Assembly (NCBI GenBank): GCA_016188705.1
Contig: JACPHH010000028.1
Span: forward strand, 1,534-65,533
DNA length: 64,000 bases
Reading direction: 5' to 3'
Origin: Candidatus Peregrinibacteria bacterium
Lineage (GTDB): Bacteria; Patescibacteriota; Gracilibacteria; UBA1369; JACRIC01
The notes under the pieces are model-generated. The model worked only from the letters and a program-made list of their open reading frames with translations, ran no database searches and was not told the origin of the DNA. Position numbers and translations under genes: made by a program. Shown here in pieces: positions 28,425 through 38,261 of the stretch; the first letter of the stretch is position 1; each line of letters opens with the position of its first letter.

Positions 28425-28820
28425 TTATACTGTGTCTTTTGATGCCGCATCTTTTGATACTGCTGATGCCACGGGCTTTTTTGAAGCTTCTGGAGCGTTA
28501 GATTGAGCGTCTGCTCCTGCCGCTTTCATCTCTTTTTTATTTTTATGTTGAAAATTGCGCGGTCCGATGTAGCGTTCCATATTTTGCATGCCGGCGCGTT
28601 TTAAAAGAGAAGCGATGCTATCAGTAGGCTGAGCTCCGCGTGAAATCCAAAAATGAACACGCTCTTGGTCAAAATGAATGTCTTTGTTTGGAGAAGTAGG
28701 GTTATAATGGCCCAAAACTTCAGTTATTTTTCCTTTAATGGGGTTTCTCGCTTCGGCCACAACAATACGAAATTTTGGCTGATTTCTGCGACCTGTTCGA
28801 GAGAGTCGTATTCTGAGCAA
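28425..28820 (-). CDS. rpsP: 30S ribosomal protein S16 with C-terminal tail
   Basis: MLRIRLSRTGRRNQP.FRIVVAE, LGHYNP, GAQPTD. Confidence 0.96.
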   Translation of the reverse strand: MLRIRLSRTGRRNQPKFRIVVAEARNPIKGKITEVLGHYNPTSPNKDIHFDQERVHFWISRGAQPTDSIASLLKRAGMQNMERYIGPRNFQHKNKKEMKAAGADAQSNAPEASKKPVASAVSKDAASKDTV

Positions 28821-28871
28821 GTTACAATATTCATTAAAAAATAAAACAATGCATTTAGAAATGCAGAAAGT

Positions 28872-28900
28872 ATGCTAGCAGAATGCTTATGAGGGGTCAA
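28872..28900 (-). promoter_or_regulatory. Probable sigma70 promoter of rpsP
   Basis: TTGACC-N17-TAGCAT with TG extension. Confidence 0.6.
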
Positions 28901-28935
28901 GTCTCTTTTTTGTAATCGCCCACTGTTTTTTTTTA

Positions 28936-29005
28936 AAAAGAGGGCGGGGACTACCATTTGAGCGCATAGCGAAGCGTAGCGAGAATGGAGTTCCCGCCCT
29001 CTTTT
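28936..29005. repeat. Palindromic element family C, best copy
   Basis: AAAAGAGGGCGGGGACTACCATT...AATGGAGTTCCCGCCCTCTTTT enclosing TGAGCGCATAGCGAAGCGTAGCGAG; partial copies at 15224-15257 and 25385-25480. Confidence 0.65.
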
Positions 29006-29035
29006 ATCTGAACAAAAAGCAACAGAGGTGGGCAG

Positions 29036-29353
29036 TTATTGTTTTTCAAGAACGACCGTTTCTATGATGGTGCGGACATCTCGAATGGCATCTTTACCAA
29101 AACGTTTATTCAATAGTTCAATGAGTTCTTTTTTATGAAAAAAAATTTCCTGAGCAGCTGGAGACGATGAAACCGAAAGAGTCAGAATTTTCGATTGATA
29201 GTGTTTCGGTTCAACTTCTCGCAGAGCATAATCACCCAAAACTTCCGCGCGAATTTGCCGAAAAACTTCACAAACAAGAGCGGCGTTAAGAGTGCGTTCC
29301 ATTTCAATTTTTCGAGTCGCGCGTGGTAAAAGGTCTTTAAGTTGAGTAAACAT
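29036..29353 (-). CDS. DUF721/DciA-family protein
   Basis: ILTLSVSSSPAAQEIFFHKKELIELLNKRFG...IRDVR pattern. Confidence 0.75.
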   Translation of the reverse strand: MFTQLKDLLPRATRKIEMERTLNAALVCEVFRQIRAEVLGDYALREVEPKHYQSKILTLSVSSSPAAQEIFFHKKELIELLNKRFGKDAIRDVRTIIETVVLEKQ

Positions 29354-29479
29354 GAAAGTGTAAGGGTTAATGATCGCAAAAAACTTTGAAATCATATTTA
29401 TAAGGGCTTTTTTTACTTTTGTTTATAGATTTATGCTCTTTGGAATAATTATTCTTATTTTAAAAATTGCATGATAACA

Positions 29480-30607
29480 CTACCGAGTATAAAGCCTTCG
29501 AATTTCTTCCGCCATGATTTTCCATGAAAAATCTTTCACGCGAATTTTCCCGCGTTCTTTTAATGTTGAAAGGAGTTTTTCATTTTCCAGCATATAATGA
29601 ATAGTATTGGCAATATCACGATAGTTATCCGGATTAAAAAAACGCGCGTTTCCATCTCCTGCAATTTCCGGCAAGCAGGAACGATTTGAAGAGGCGACTG
29701 GGGTGCCACAGGCAAAAGCTTCAAGAATATTGAGACCAAAGCCTTCATAAAAAGAAGGCTGAACGTAAATTGCGGCAGCATTGTAAAGCTGTACGAGGTT
29801 TTTTTCGTTGACGAGCCCGGGAAATCGAACAAAATTTTCAAGAGAAAGTTCGCGTACAGTGGCTTTGACTTCGGGATAAGCCGAATCTTCTCGTCCGGTA
29901 AGAACGAGTAAAATGTCGTGATGATAGCTTGTTCGAAGGCTGTGAAAAGCCCGAATGAGATTGACAAGATTTTTATGATTTCTCCAAACTCCTGCGTAGA
30001 AAAGAAAAGGCTTATTGAGGTCATATTTTGATCGCGCTTCTTGCGCGTCTTTTTCAGGAAGCATTCGAAATTCCTCTCCAACTCCTTCGTAAATAATGCG
30101 TATTTTGCTTTCAGGAAGCCGAAAAAGTTTCAGAAGGTCGAGTTTGGTATTTTCTGAAACCGCGATAATGGAGCGCGCTTTTTTTACAATGGAACTGAGA
30201 GTGAGATTATAGCCCCAGCGATGCCAGGGTTTGGTCATTTTCTTGCCGGGATAAAAGGAAAGAATGAGGTCGTGGATGGTGACAACGCAAGGTTTTTTAT
30301 AAAAAATAGGCGCGTTAAAATGAGTAAAATGCATAAGATCGAGTTTCGCGTCATGAAGAAGTCGCAAAAATTTCGTCTGTTCACTGAAAGAATAATGATG
30401 GGCATTCACGTGAATTTTTGTAAAATACGGCGGTACAGCCTGAAAAAGATCATATTCGGGATCATTGAAAAAAAGAACATATTGATTTTGTTCCTCCTTC
30501 GGAAGGGTTTTTTCTATAATGCCGAGGTGCCGAACAAGCTCAAAAACATAGCGCCCGATACCCGTAAACGAGCTTGAATACATCCGACAATCAATTCCAA
30601 TGCGCAT
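29480..30607 (-). CDS. GT4-family glycosyltransferase
   Basis: MRIGIDCR, TGIGRY, VTIHDL, HKNL, PSFYEGFGL..LEA. Confidence 0.92.
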   Translation of the reverse strand: MRIGIDCRMYSSSFTGIGRYVFELVRHLGIIEKTLPKEEQNQYVLFFNDPEYDLFQAVPPYFTKIHVNAHHYSFSEQTKFLRLLHDAKLDLMHFTHFNAPIFYKKPCVVTIHDLILSFYPGKKMTKPWHRWGYNLTLSSIVKKARSIIAVSENTKLDLLKLFRLPESKIRIIYEGVGEEFRMLPEKDAQEARSKYDLNKPFLFYAGVWRNHKNLVNLIRAFHSLRTSYHHDILLVLTGREDSAYPEVKATVRELSLENFVRFPGLVNEKNLVQLYNAAAIYVQPSFYEGFGLNILEAFACGTPVASSNRSCLPEIAGDGNARFFNPDNYRDIANTIHYMLENEKLLSTLKERGKIRVKDFSWKIMAEEIRRLYTR

Positions 30608-30738
30608 AAAGTGAGAAAAAGACGTAAGCGTAACAAAGTTTTTCTATAGTTCTTTTATTTAAAACGCATCCATACTACAGAGATTTTCCTAGAATATGTT
30701 TAGAATATGTATTGATGGATAAATTTTACAAATCATAT

Positions 30739-30810
30739 GCCCTTTTTGATCCTGCCGAGTATTCGAGCGACAATCTCCCTCCTGCCAGCGATATGTGCTT
30801 TTATTCAAAG
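30739..30810. repeat. Family B element, degenerate fragment
   Basis: CCTTTTTGATCCTGCCGAGTATTCGAGCGAC...CCAGCGATATGTGC aligns with 49642-49699. Confidence 0.65.
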
Positions 30811-30942
30811 TAATGTGCGTATAATCTTATTTGTGAACACTGCTTAGGCATTATAAAGGAGAACTTGCGAAGAATAAAAGAGTCCGTTATCATATTTCCG
30901 CTTTCAAAACCGCTTAATCAAGTGGAAAAATAAAAATACCGT

Positions 30943-31019
30943 GGGACGGTAGCTCAGTTGGTTAGAGCGCATGCCTGTCACGCATGAGGTCGCGGGTTCA
31001 AATCCCGTCCGTCCCGCCA
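30943..31019 (+). tRNA. tRNA-Asp (GUC)
   Basis: GGGACGG acceptor stem, CTGTCAC anticodon loop, GGTTCAAATC T-loop, discriminator G and encoded CCA. Confidence 0.98.
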
Positions 31020-31101
31020 GAGAAAAATATTGCAAATCAAAAAAAAATACGAACCACTTTTTCTGTTTTATTTACAGAATTTTATTTAAAAAACTGGCAT
31101 C

Positions 31102-32217
31102 TCAAATATCATAAGCTTTCATGTTACTCAATCTCGGAGTTACTTCTTGATATTTTTTTTGACTTCCAAGTCCTGTCCAATGGGGATTAGCCAACAAAGC
31201 CACTTCTGGAGTGATGTGTTTTGCAACCTCAAGCAATGATGTAATGTTAACAGGAAGTCGTTGGTCCGCCTGTGCTCTATCTTTAAAACTCAAAAGTGGA
31301 ATTTTTGTAGAGAAATCAATTTGCCGTTCAGGAGAGAGTCTCCCTTGAGATAATTCTAAAAACAATTGGATGGCTTCATAATAATCCTTCAATTCAGTAA
31401 AAGCAGAAGCATTACCTTCTAAAAAATTTGCTGAAGCATGGCAGTATAATTGCAGATCCAATAATGCAAAACCGAGGAGCCTGTGGCATAGAGATATCTG
31501 TTCTATTTTGTCGGATGCTTGAATAAAACTCATGAAGCAATTTTGAACGCGAGAAAATATTGTTCGATAATCAGGAATCGATGACTGATTTGGACGTGAG
31601 GTCAGATTTCTACGCTCAAAAATTTCCTGTGCCGAATTCAAACTAGTAAGAAATCTTTCATAAGAATTGAGAGTCTTATAAATCTTTCTCTCCCGCTGAG
31701 TGGGGCGTGGAGGAGCTTGTGGCCGTTCTGGAAGAGCCACTGCTTGATGCACGGTATTCCAACATTGTGCTTGAGTATCATCAACAACTCTACAAATCTC
31801 AATTATTGAGTCAACTATTCTTCTTAAGCATTGTGCGACACTCACAATATACAACTCTTCTCCACTTGGAGATGATGGGGCAGATATAGCGTCTGCACCA
31901 TCTCGATGATATGTGCCAGAATACCCGGATCTGTAAAATTCCATTACTGGATCATGCTCTAAAAAATGTAAAACTTGCGTCAAAAGACTTTCTGCGGCAT
32001 CTGCAGAAGGCAACTGGAAAGAAAATATTTGAGTTTTCATTTTTACGAACTGCTCAGTAAAGTCTGCAGCTTTTTTTGATGCGCCATTATCTAAACCAAA
32101 AGGAGGCTCATTGTTCTGAATAAAGTTACCTAAAAAATTAATTACAAAAGTTAGATCACTTACGATACTATCTTTTGAGGGCATGATTTCTATCATCTTT
32201 ATTACTGATATTTCCAT
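31102..32217 (-). CDS. Hypothetical helical protein
   Basis: 371-aa ORF, no recognised motif. Confidence 0.65.
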   Translation of the reverse strand: MEISVIKMIEIMPSKDSIVSDLTFVINFLGNFIQNNEPPFGLDNGASKKAADFTEQFVKMKTQIFSFQLPSADAAESLLTQVLHFLEHDPVMEFYRSGYSGTYHRDGADAISAPSSPSGEELYIVSVAQCLRRIVDSIIEICRVVDDTQAQCWNTVHQAVALPERPQAPPRPTQRERKIYKTLNSYERFLTSLNSAQEIFERRNLTSRPNQSSIPDYRTIFSRVQNCFMSFIQASDKIEQISLCHRLLGFALLDLQLYCHASANFLEGNASAFTELKDYYEAIQLFLELSQGRLSPERQIDFSTKIPLLSFKDRAQADQRLPVNITSLLEVAKHITPEVALLANPHWTGLGSQKKYQEVTPRLSNMKAYDI

Positions 32218-32408
32218 ATATAAATATTAAAAAAATACGAACAACATACAAACGACACACATTTCCCTACTCCAGGAAGTGAATATAAATGATTATGAAA
32301 AAAAGTCAAGCAAGGTTGGACATTTTTCAAGCCTTGTGAGCAATTACGGGATTTGCGCTTGCAAAAAAGCCATCATCCTGTATGGTAATAATCCTATAAA
32401 TAACTACA

Positions 32409-33695
32409 ATGGCTATAGAAAATAGGCCAATCGAGACAATAGGTGATGTTGGAACCATTTCAGAACTATATGGTAAAGATTTAGATCAGGGTGATGAGCT
32501 GCTACTTCCATATCCTACTTCAGATCCAGCGCGAGATAGCGATCCAAATCAAGATAAATTCTACATTCAAGATGGGAGTACTGCAGACGTAAGAGTTTCT
32601 AATGGCACAAGAAGAGTATTAGAACCTGGCAGACACGCTGCTCTTTTAGGTAGAGGCATTAAAGGTCTGGTTACTCAACCAATACCAGACGTATTGATTG
32701 CCTGCCTTAAGGACCAATTCGATTTTGATCCAGAAACAGTGGAGGTTTTACCACCTGAGACATATTGCGACGTGATCAATGCCGAACAAAGAAGAGTATT
32801 GACACTTTTTCCATACGATCGCATCCACAAAGACCGTTGCGTGATTGATCCAGAGAAACACTATAGATTGTTGAGTAAAGAGTGGTTAATAACCGGTGAA
32901 TTCCCTAGCCCTGAATCTCATATAATGAATTTTGATAATGATCTTGAAAGTGTGATAACAGGAATAAGAATGTTGCTTAAAACCCCTCGTCTGGTAAAAA
33001 CATTACATGGACTTTCTGGTGATGGACAAAAAATTGCTCGTGAACCCAAAGACTTATCAGCAGCTTTGGATTTCATAGAAGCTTATGCTCGTTATCAGCC
33101 ATTAGAAAAAATAATTTTACAGGATCTAATACCCCATACAATTAATCACGGTATTCAGTTTTATTTAAGTAAAAGCGGTACAATAAGGCTTATGGGAGTG
33201 GCAAATCAAGTAGTTGATCGAGAAGGACACTATATGGGTGGTTTGGTGAATTATGACGAGAATATTCCAGCAGCCTATACTCCAATCATTCAACGTGCGG
33301 CCTCTTTATGTTTTCAGGCAGGTTATTTTGGCATTGTTGGCCTCGATATTATTACTGATCAACGTGATGACGAGCCAAAAGTCATAGATGCAAATCTTCG
33401 ATTGACTGGTATGACTCCCGCGTATCTTCTCAAGCCTAAACTAACAAGTACTGGTAATAGTCGAGCCCTCCTCTCAACAGAATTTATATCTCATCGGCCA
33501 TTAGACGAGACTCTTGCTGCTTGTAGAACAGCAATGAATTATAATATATTAGCCGTGCTTTCAGCTTTGCAAGTCGATGGAAGTCGAACCAAAGTGTACG
33601 GTGTAATTGCTGGTAAAGATGAGGGGTCACTTGCTAAAAATCGTAAAAGAATTGAAAATTGTGGTCTTGTTATCCCTGGTAAATGGGAAAATTGA
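32409..33695 (+). CDS. ATP-grasp domain protein
   Basis: LVKTLHGLSGDG, IILQDLI, GYFGIVGLDII, VIDANLRLTG. Confidence 0.8.
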   Translation: MAIENRPIETIGDVGTISELYGKDLDQGDELLLPYPTSDPARDSDPNQDKFYIQDGSTADVRVSNGTRRVLEPGRHAALLGRGIKGLVTQPIPDVLIACLKDQFDFDPETVEVLPPETYCDVINAEQRRVLTLFPYDRIHKDRCVIDPEKHYRLLSKEWLITGEFPSPESHIMNFDNDLESVITGIRMLLKTPRLVKTLHGLSGDGQKIAREPKDLSAALDFIEAYARYQPLEKIILQDLIPHTINHGIQFYLSKSGTIRLMGVANQVVDREGHYMGGLVNYDENIPAAYTPIIQRAASLCFQAGYFGIVGLDIITDQRDDEPKVIDANLRLTGMTPAYLLKPKLTSTGNSRALLSTEFISHRPLDETLAACRTAMNYNILAVLSALQVDGSRTKVYGVIAGKDEGSLAKNRKRIENCGLVIPGKWEN

Positions 33696-33747
33696 TCACA
33701 CAATCTCGATTCGCACTTCGCTCCATAAAGTAATTTTTCATAAGACT

Positions 33748-33888
33748 TCAACGCTTTGCCTCTATCTTTTTCATTTGCTTGTACTTCTTCATTAAATCCA
33801 TTTGTTCTTTATTCGCGGCGCGGATGGCTTTTTTGATAATTCGTTTTTTATCTTTTTCCGGCAAGGTAAAAAATTGAGAGGAATTCAT
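33748..33888 (-). CDS. 46-aa basic helical protein (absent from ORF track)
   Basis: MNSSQFFTLPEKDKKRIIKKAIRAANKEQMDLMKKYKQMKKIEAKR*. Confidence 0.6.
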   Translation of the reverse strand: MNSSQFFTLPEKDKKRIIKKAIRAANKEQMDLMKKYKQMKKIEAKR

Positions 33889-34081
33889 GATTTTTTAGTT
33901 AGTCATTTTTGAGGCGCCTGTATACAAAATTCCATAATATTTTATATAAAACAACAGACTTTAAATCAACAATTTCGTTTATTGAATTAAGTAAATCATC
34001 CAAAAAATACGTTCTAACATTGTCTACTGCGCCCCGACAATTCGATAAAACGGTAATAAATTCAAAATTTGAGATACAAAA

Positions 34082-35272
34082 TTATTCGCATAAGTGTCTT
34101 GATGTAATCTCATCCGAAGTAGTACAAGCGATAATACCAGATGCGGGTTGACTTTGATGCGAAAATTGGTAGGTAAAAGGTATAATTTGTAAGCCTGATT
34201 TTCCTAGTCGTGTATGAGGAGTATTCAATTTTACTTCTAGTCTTGAGTCATCTTTAAAAAGATCTGACATATTAGAAGGCAATTCCAAATTGTTTACGCC
34301 TCCCAGTAAACGTAAAACGGTACTCTCTGCAGAGTCTAATCTGATATGAGATAAAGCAATTGTCAGTATTTCAACCAGTGTTGAAAGGCTAACTGGTGAC
34401 GATTGTGCAAAAGTATCAAAACATCCCTCTGCGGTTGGAGGATGTAAAGCGAAACTATAAACATCGCTTGATGGCCGTTGACAACAGTTTGGACAATTAC
34501 AAAGAGTATTGTGCGCAAAAGGATTTCTATGAGTCGTATTTGTAATAGCGTTATTATTTAGGCGCCCTACAACTCGAATTATTCTGCCTTGGTTTGTAAC
34601 AAATTCACCGTCTAATGCGATATCTTGTGCATTTGGAATAGGATGTTGGGTTCCAAGTCGATTCTTAACAATGTTTCGTGTTTTCTTAAAAAGGCTCGGT
34701 GCTTTATTATCATGAGATGAAGCTGATAATGTTAAATTACTCTGTAGTGGCTTGCGCCATGTAAAACGTCGCATGAGATGAATAGCTTCTGAGGGTTGTA
34801 AAAGATGACGAATCAATTCTGTTACTGCCAATAATGAATCAGATCCATGTACAAAAGAGTTACTCCATGGCGTGTAAAATAATGCCGTATTACAGCTCGC
34901 AGATGTTTGACCATCTGTTATTACATCGCATACAAGGCTTGGAATATTCTCCCATACATCATCATGACATGGTTTGCTGGTAGAATCAGGCATGTTGGCA
35001 TCGCAAAAACATAAATCCGTATTAGCTCTTATAGGAACACTAATTTGTCTAAAAATTGCATCTATTTCTTCTTGTACAAGTTGATGGATTCTTCGTATTT
35101 CTGCTAAATCGTTAGCGTCTTTTAAGAATCCTTTTGAGTCTAAATTTTCTAATTGTTCTAATAATTTATGCGTGCGTTCTCGAAATCCACGACAATTCTC
35201 CAAAATTAAAGGAGCAAAAGCTGGCGACATAAATATTGGCAGATCGACATGAAAAGATGAAGGTAATAGCAT
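34082..35272 (-). CDS. Hypothetical protein, possible hot-dog fold
   Basis: 396-aa ORF; FVHGSDSLLAV...RRFTWRKPL weakly resembles the hot-dog helix/strand pattern. Confidence 0.55.
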   Translation of the reverse strand: MLLPSSFHVDLPIFMSPAFAPLILENCRGFRERTHKLLEQLENLDSKGFLKDANDLAEIRRIHQLVQEEIDAIFRQISVPIRANTDLCFCDANMPDSTSKPCHDDVWENIPSLVCDVITDGQTSASCNTALFYTPWSNSFVHGSDSLLAVTELIRHLLQPSEAIHLMRRFTWRKPLQSNLTLSASSHDNKAPSLFKKTRNIVKNRLGTQHPIPNAQDIALDGEFVTNQGRIIRVVGRLNNNAITNTTHRNPFAHNTLCNCPNCCQRPSSDVYSFALHPPTAEGCFDTFAQSSPVSLSTLVEILTIALSHIRLDSAESTVLRLLGGVNNLELPSNMSDLFKDDSRLEVKLNTPHTRLGKSGLQIIPFTYQFSHQSQPASGIIACTTSDEITSRHLCE

Positions 35273-35420
35273 TTGATTATTAGAAAAATTCTAAGAATTT
35301 ACTAAACGGTATTTTAAACAAAAAGTCAAGAAATAGATTTTTTGGCTTATAAATAAGCAAGATTTGATATTTCTTTAAAAAGAGAGTATTAAGAAAAACA
35401 TAATATTTCATTTAAATTTT

Positions 35421-36071
35421 ATGAAAAAATATTTTTTTATTACCATTTTGGCTATCACTCTGACGACAACAGGCGTAGCAATGGCCAGTACAGGCGAGAC
35501 GCCAATAGACGTCATTATGAAACTCCTACGTTTTCTAAGAACGGATGTTGAGCAATTGCAAACAAAAACCGAAGAAATACAAAATCAGGTGAGTGGCATA
35601 AAATCAGATAAGAATTTGAAAGTAGTTGATGCTGAAGGAAAAGAGGTGGGATTTTTGATTGATTCTTCCTTGGGGCCTGACACATCAGGCTGGATGTATC
35701 GTGTTTATGATACAAATATCAATAAAGTTTATGATATAGTTGATAGTATAGAAAAAATGGAAATAAGCACGTCATGGTATCTGACAAATCAATGGTTTGA
35801 AAGCGAAGATTGTACTGGAACGCCCTTAACAGGATTCAATACCTATGTTCTTCCAAATCCCAATGTGTTTGGACAAGATTCAGTAAATCATAAATATTAC
35901 ACAACTTCAGAATACGAAGAAGGAGAACTAAATAGCCGACTCACCTACCCTGATGGACAAAGGGATTGTGTAAAAATGAAAGAACCGAGCCAGCAAGGTG
36001 CAGATTATTATAAGCTCGAAGAATTTTCCTTCCCTGAATATACTTTACCTTTGAAAATTGAAGTAAGATAA
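35421..36071 (+). CDS. Secreted hypothetical protein with short coiled coil
   Basis: Sec signal MKKYFFITILAITLTTTGVAMA; WFESEDCTGTP. Confidence 0.7.
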   Translation: MKKYFFITILAITLTTTGVAMASTGETPIDVIMKLLRFLRTDVEQLQTKTEEIQNQVSGIKSDKNLKVVDAEGKEVGFLIDSSLGPDTSGWMYRVYDTNINKVYDIVDSIEKMEISTSWYLTNQWFESEDCTGTPLTGFNTYVLPNPNVFGQDSVNHKYYTTSEYEEGELNSRLTYPDGQRDCVKMKEPSQQGADYYKLEEFSFPEYTLPLKIEVR

Positions 36072-36086
36072 TTTTTTAAAACGCAT

Positions 36087-36115
36087 TGACTCTGAAAAGC
36101 AAAAGGCATACAATA
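36087..36115 (+). promoter_or_regulatory. Promoter of first TA operon
   Basis: TTGACT-N17-TACAAT. Confidence 0.65.
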
Positions 36116-36147
36116 GTACTGGAAAGTAATACTAAGTAAACCACTCC

Positions 36148-36402
36148 ATGCCAACCATTTCTTTCAAAGCAGACGATAATTTTAAAAACAAGCTCGAACT
36201 TTTAGCCCAAAAAAAAGGGATAAATACGTCCGCCTACATTAAACTCCTGTTAACGAAAGAATTAAAAATCGAACTCGTTGAAATCACTGAAAATGGCCTC
36301 ACTGTGGCCGAAGAGCTTGAAATTCTCGCTTCTGATAAAAACGATAAAATCTTTGGCCCATTTACAACTGCAAAATCAACAATAAAAGCTTTGAAAAAAT
36401 AA
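36148..36402 (+). CDS. Ribbon-helix-helix antitoxin (RelB/DinJ-like)
   Basis: MPTISFKAD...KLELLAQKKGINTSAYIKLLL; C-terminal GPFTTAK..IKAL. Confidence 0.75.
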   Translation: MPTISFKADDNFKNKLELLAQKKGINTSAYIKLLLTKELKIELVEITENGLTVAEELEILASDKNDKIFGPFTTAKSTIKALKK

Positions 36403-36419
36403 GGAAACCTTTGCAAAAT

Positions 36420-36680
36420 ATGCGAATTATTTTCACCGATGGATTTAAAAAAAAGTACAAACTCTTGCAACCAAAAATCCAAAAACAATTTGAAAAACGA
36501 CTCGGACTTTTTATAAAAAATCAAAATCATCCGCTCCTGAAAGTCCATCCATTGAAAGGAAATCTCGTAGGATGCAGAGCTTTTTCCGTTACCGGCGATT
36601 TTCGCGTCATCTATCGTCTTCTCGATCAAAACAGTGCAAAATTGATCGATATCGGCACTCATTGTCAGGTTTATAAATAA
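36420..36680 (+). CDS. RelE/YafQ-family mRNA interferase toxin
   Basis: F.K.YK.L, HPLKGNL, FSVTGDFRVIY, DIGTH.QVY. Confidence 0.88.
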   Translation: MRIIFTDGFKKKYKLLQPKIQKQFEKRLGLFIKNQNHPLLKVHPLKGNLVGCRAFSVTGDFRVIYRLLDQNSAKLIDIGTHCQVYK

Positions 36681-36804
36681 GCAGACAAAGTCAAAAAGCT
36701 TAAGGAACCTCTAAAAAGTTTGCAAAAGCATCGTATCTCAAACTAAACCTTTCGTTCAAATGGCTTCAAGGTTATAGTAAATACGTTCATCCATTTTGAA
36801 TAAT

Positions 36805-37647
36805 ATGAAAAATATTATAGTTCCTAAGCCTAAAAGCGACAGTTTAATTCATCAATTAGAGGTTTTTTATAAAACTTTCAAAAATATTGCTGCTGACGAA
36901 AATGTGATATTTGATTTGTCGGAAATAAATTGGATTCATCCGCTAATCATTCTGCCGATTGCTTCTCATATTTATGCTACCAATAGTGATTATCAGACTC
37001 GTTCAAATAATGTTATTAATCGCTATTTAAGCATTATTCATTTCCCGAAAGGGGTGAATACTTTTGAAAGTTGTCAGAAATTAAAAAGTTTTATTCCAAT
37101 AACCCTGATTAAAGAAAATAATCCGATCGAAAGAGATAAAATTATCGATTGTTTTTTAAATTTAATTTACAGAACAACTAATAATATTCCAAAAGTAAAC
37201 AAAAGCGCCATTTTTTACCCTATAACTGAATTGGTTACGAATATTGCCGAACATAGTAAAAAAGATTACGGTTTTATTTTTGGACAAATTTACAGTAAAA
37301 AGAAACATTTGGATATTTGCATTTTAGACAAAGGAAGAGGTTTGGTGCAATCTTATAAACAAGAAAAAAATATCAATCTTACAGATAAAGAAGCAATCGA
37401 AAAAGCACTATCCGGAGATTCAACCAAAAGCCTAGATCGAGGATACGGCATCAGGACATCAAAAAAGACCGTCTGTGAAGGATTTAATGGTGACTTTTCA
37501 ATAATTTCAGGAGAAGAATGTTTTATTGCCAATAAAACAAAAAATCAAATTTTTACTTTACCAGGCTTTTATTGGCAAGGAGTGATTATGGCTTATAGAA
37601 TTCCTTGCCCTGAAAGAGCAGTTGATATTTATCAATATTTAGAATAA
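36805..37647 (+). CDS. Histidine-kinase-like ATPase (anti-sigma type)
   Basis: ELVTNIAEHS (N box), ILDKGRGL (G1), RGYGI (G2), WQGV. Confidence 0.8.
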   Translation: MKNIIVPKPKSDSLIHQLEVFYKTFKNIAADENVIFDLSEINWIHPLIILPIASHIYATNSDYQTRSNNVINRYLSIIHFPKGVNTFESCQKLKSFIPITLIKENNPIERDKIIDCFLNLIYRTTNNIPKVNKSAIFYPITELVTNIAEHSKKDYGFIFGQIYSKKKHLDICILDKGRGLVQSYKQEKNINLTDKEAIEKALSGDSTKSLDRGYGIRTSKKTVCEGFNGDFSIISGEECFIANKTKNQIFTLPGFYWQGVIMAYRIPCPERAVDIYQYLE

Positions 37648-37674
37648 ATTACAATGCCTTAACCTAAAATATTT

Positions 37675-37989
37675 ATGATAATAAAATTAATTAATATTTT
37701 CTCCACGACTACGATTTCCTCAAGAGAATCAGTAAAAGAATTAATAAAAAAACTGAAGAAAGATGATGAAATTATTTTAGATTTTAGTAAAATCGAATTT
37801 ATTTCTCGTTCCGTCGCTCATGAATTATTAAAGTTAAAAGAAAAGCATTCTAACATGCGCTTCTCTAATATGGCCGAAGAGGTGTCGAAGATGGTCAGAT
37901 TGGTAGCCGCAAATATTGCTTACCCTCAAAAAAACACAGAAGAGTTTAAACCTAAAAAAACCACGTTATCTTCTGTGTTAAGACGTTAA
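37675..37989 (+). CDS. STAS-like (DUF4325-type) protein
   Basis: ISSRES, IILDFSKIEFISRSVAHEL. Confidence 0.8.
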   Translation: MIIKLINIFSTTTISSRESVKELIKKLKKDDEIILDFSKIEFISRSVAHELLKLKEKHSNMRFSNMAEEVSKMVRLVAANIAYPQKNTEEFKPKKTTLSSVLRR

Positions 37990-38013
37990 ACATCGCACAT
38001 AATACATTCTAAC

Positions 38014-38181
38014 ATGGAGGTGATCGCCATCGCTCAGTCGCTGAATTTTACGGTGAGCGAAGTGCCCGTAAGCTGGTACAATTCATCTGAAAGTCGATTG
38101 CGTCCCATAAGAGATAGTTTAAGGACATTTATGGAGCTTATATATATTAAATTGAATATCTGGAGCGGAAGGTACCGATAG
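38014..38181 (+). pseudogene. 3' remnant of a dolichyl-phosphate glucosyltransferase-like GT2 gene
   Basis: MEVIAIAQSLNFTVSEVPVSWYNSSESRLRPIRDSLRTFMELIYIKLNIWSGRYR* matches the ALG5-like GT2 C-terminus (EVPVxW); 5' part absent. Confidence 0.7.
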
Positions 38182-38201
38182 TATGAATTTTAAAATAATA
38201 C

Positions 38202-38247
38202 TTGTATTTTTTGTACAATTTGTTATAATTAGACTGTTTGTACAATT
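38202..38247 (+). promoter_or_regulatory. Promoter and paired palindromic operators of second TA operon
   Basis: TTGTAT-N16-TATAAT; TTGTACAA at 38211 and 38238. Confidence 0.65.
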
Positions 38248-38261
38248 ATTATAATTTTTTT

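Noticed and set aside
33895-34081. Open frame continuing past the TAA of the 396-aa ORF (readthrough or recoding)
   Set aside because: Stop is TAA, no recognisable motif or recoding signal; may be a gene remnant or chance
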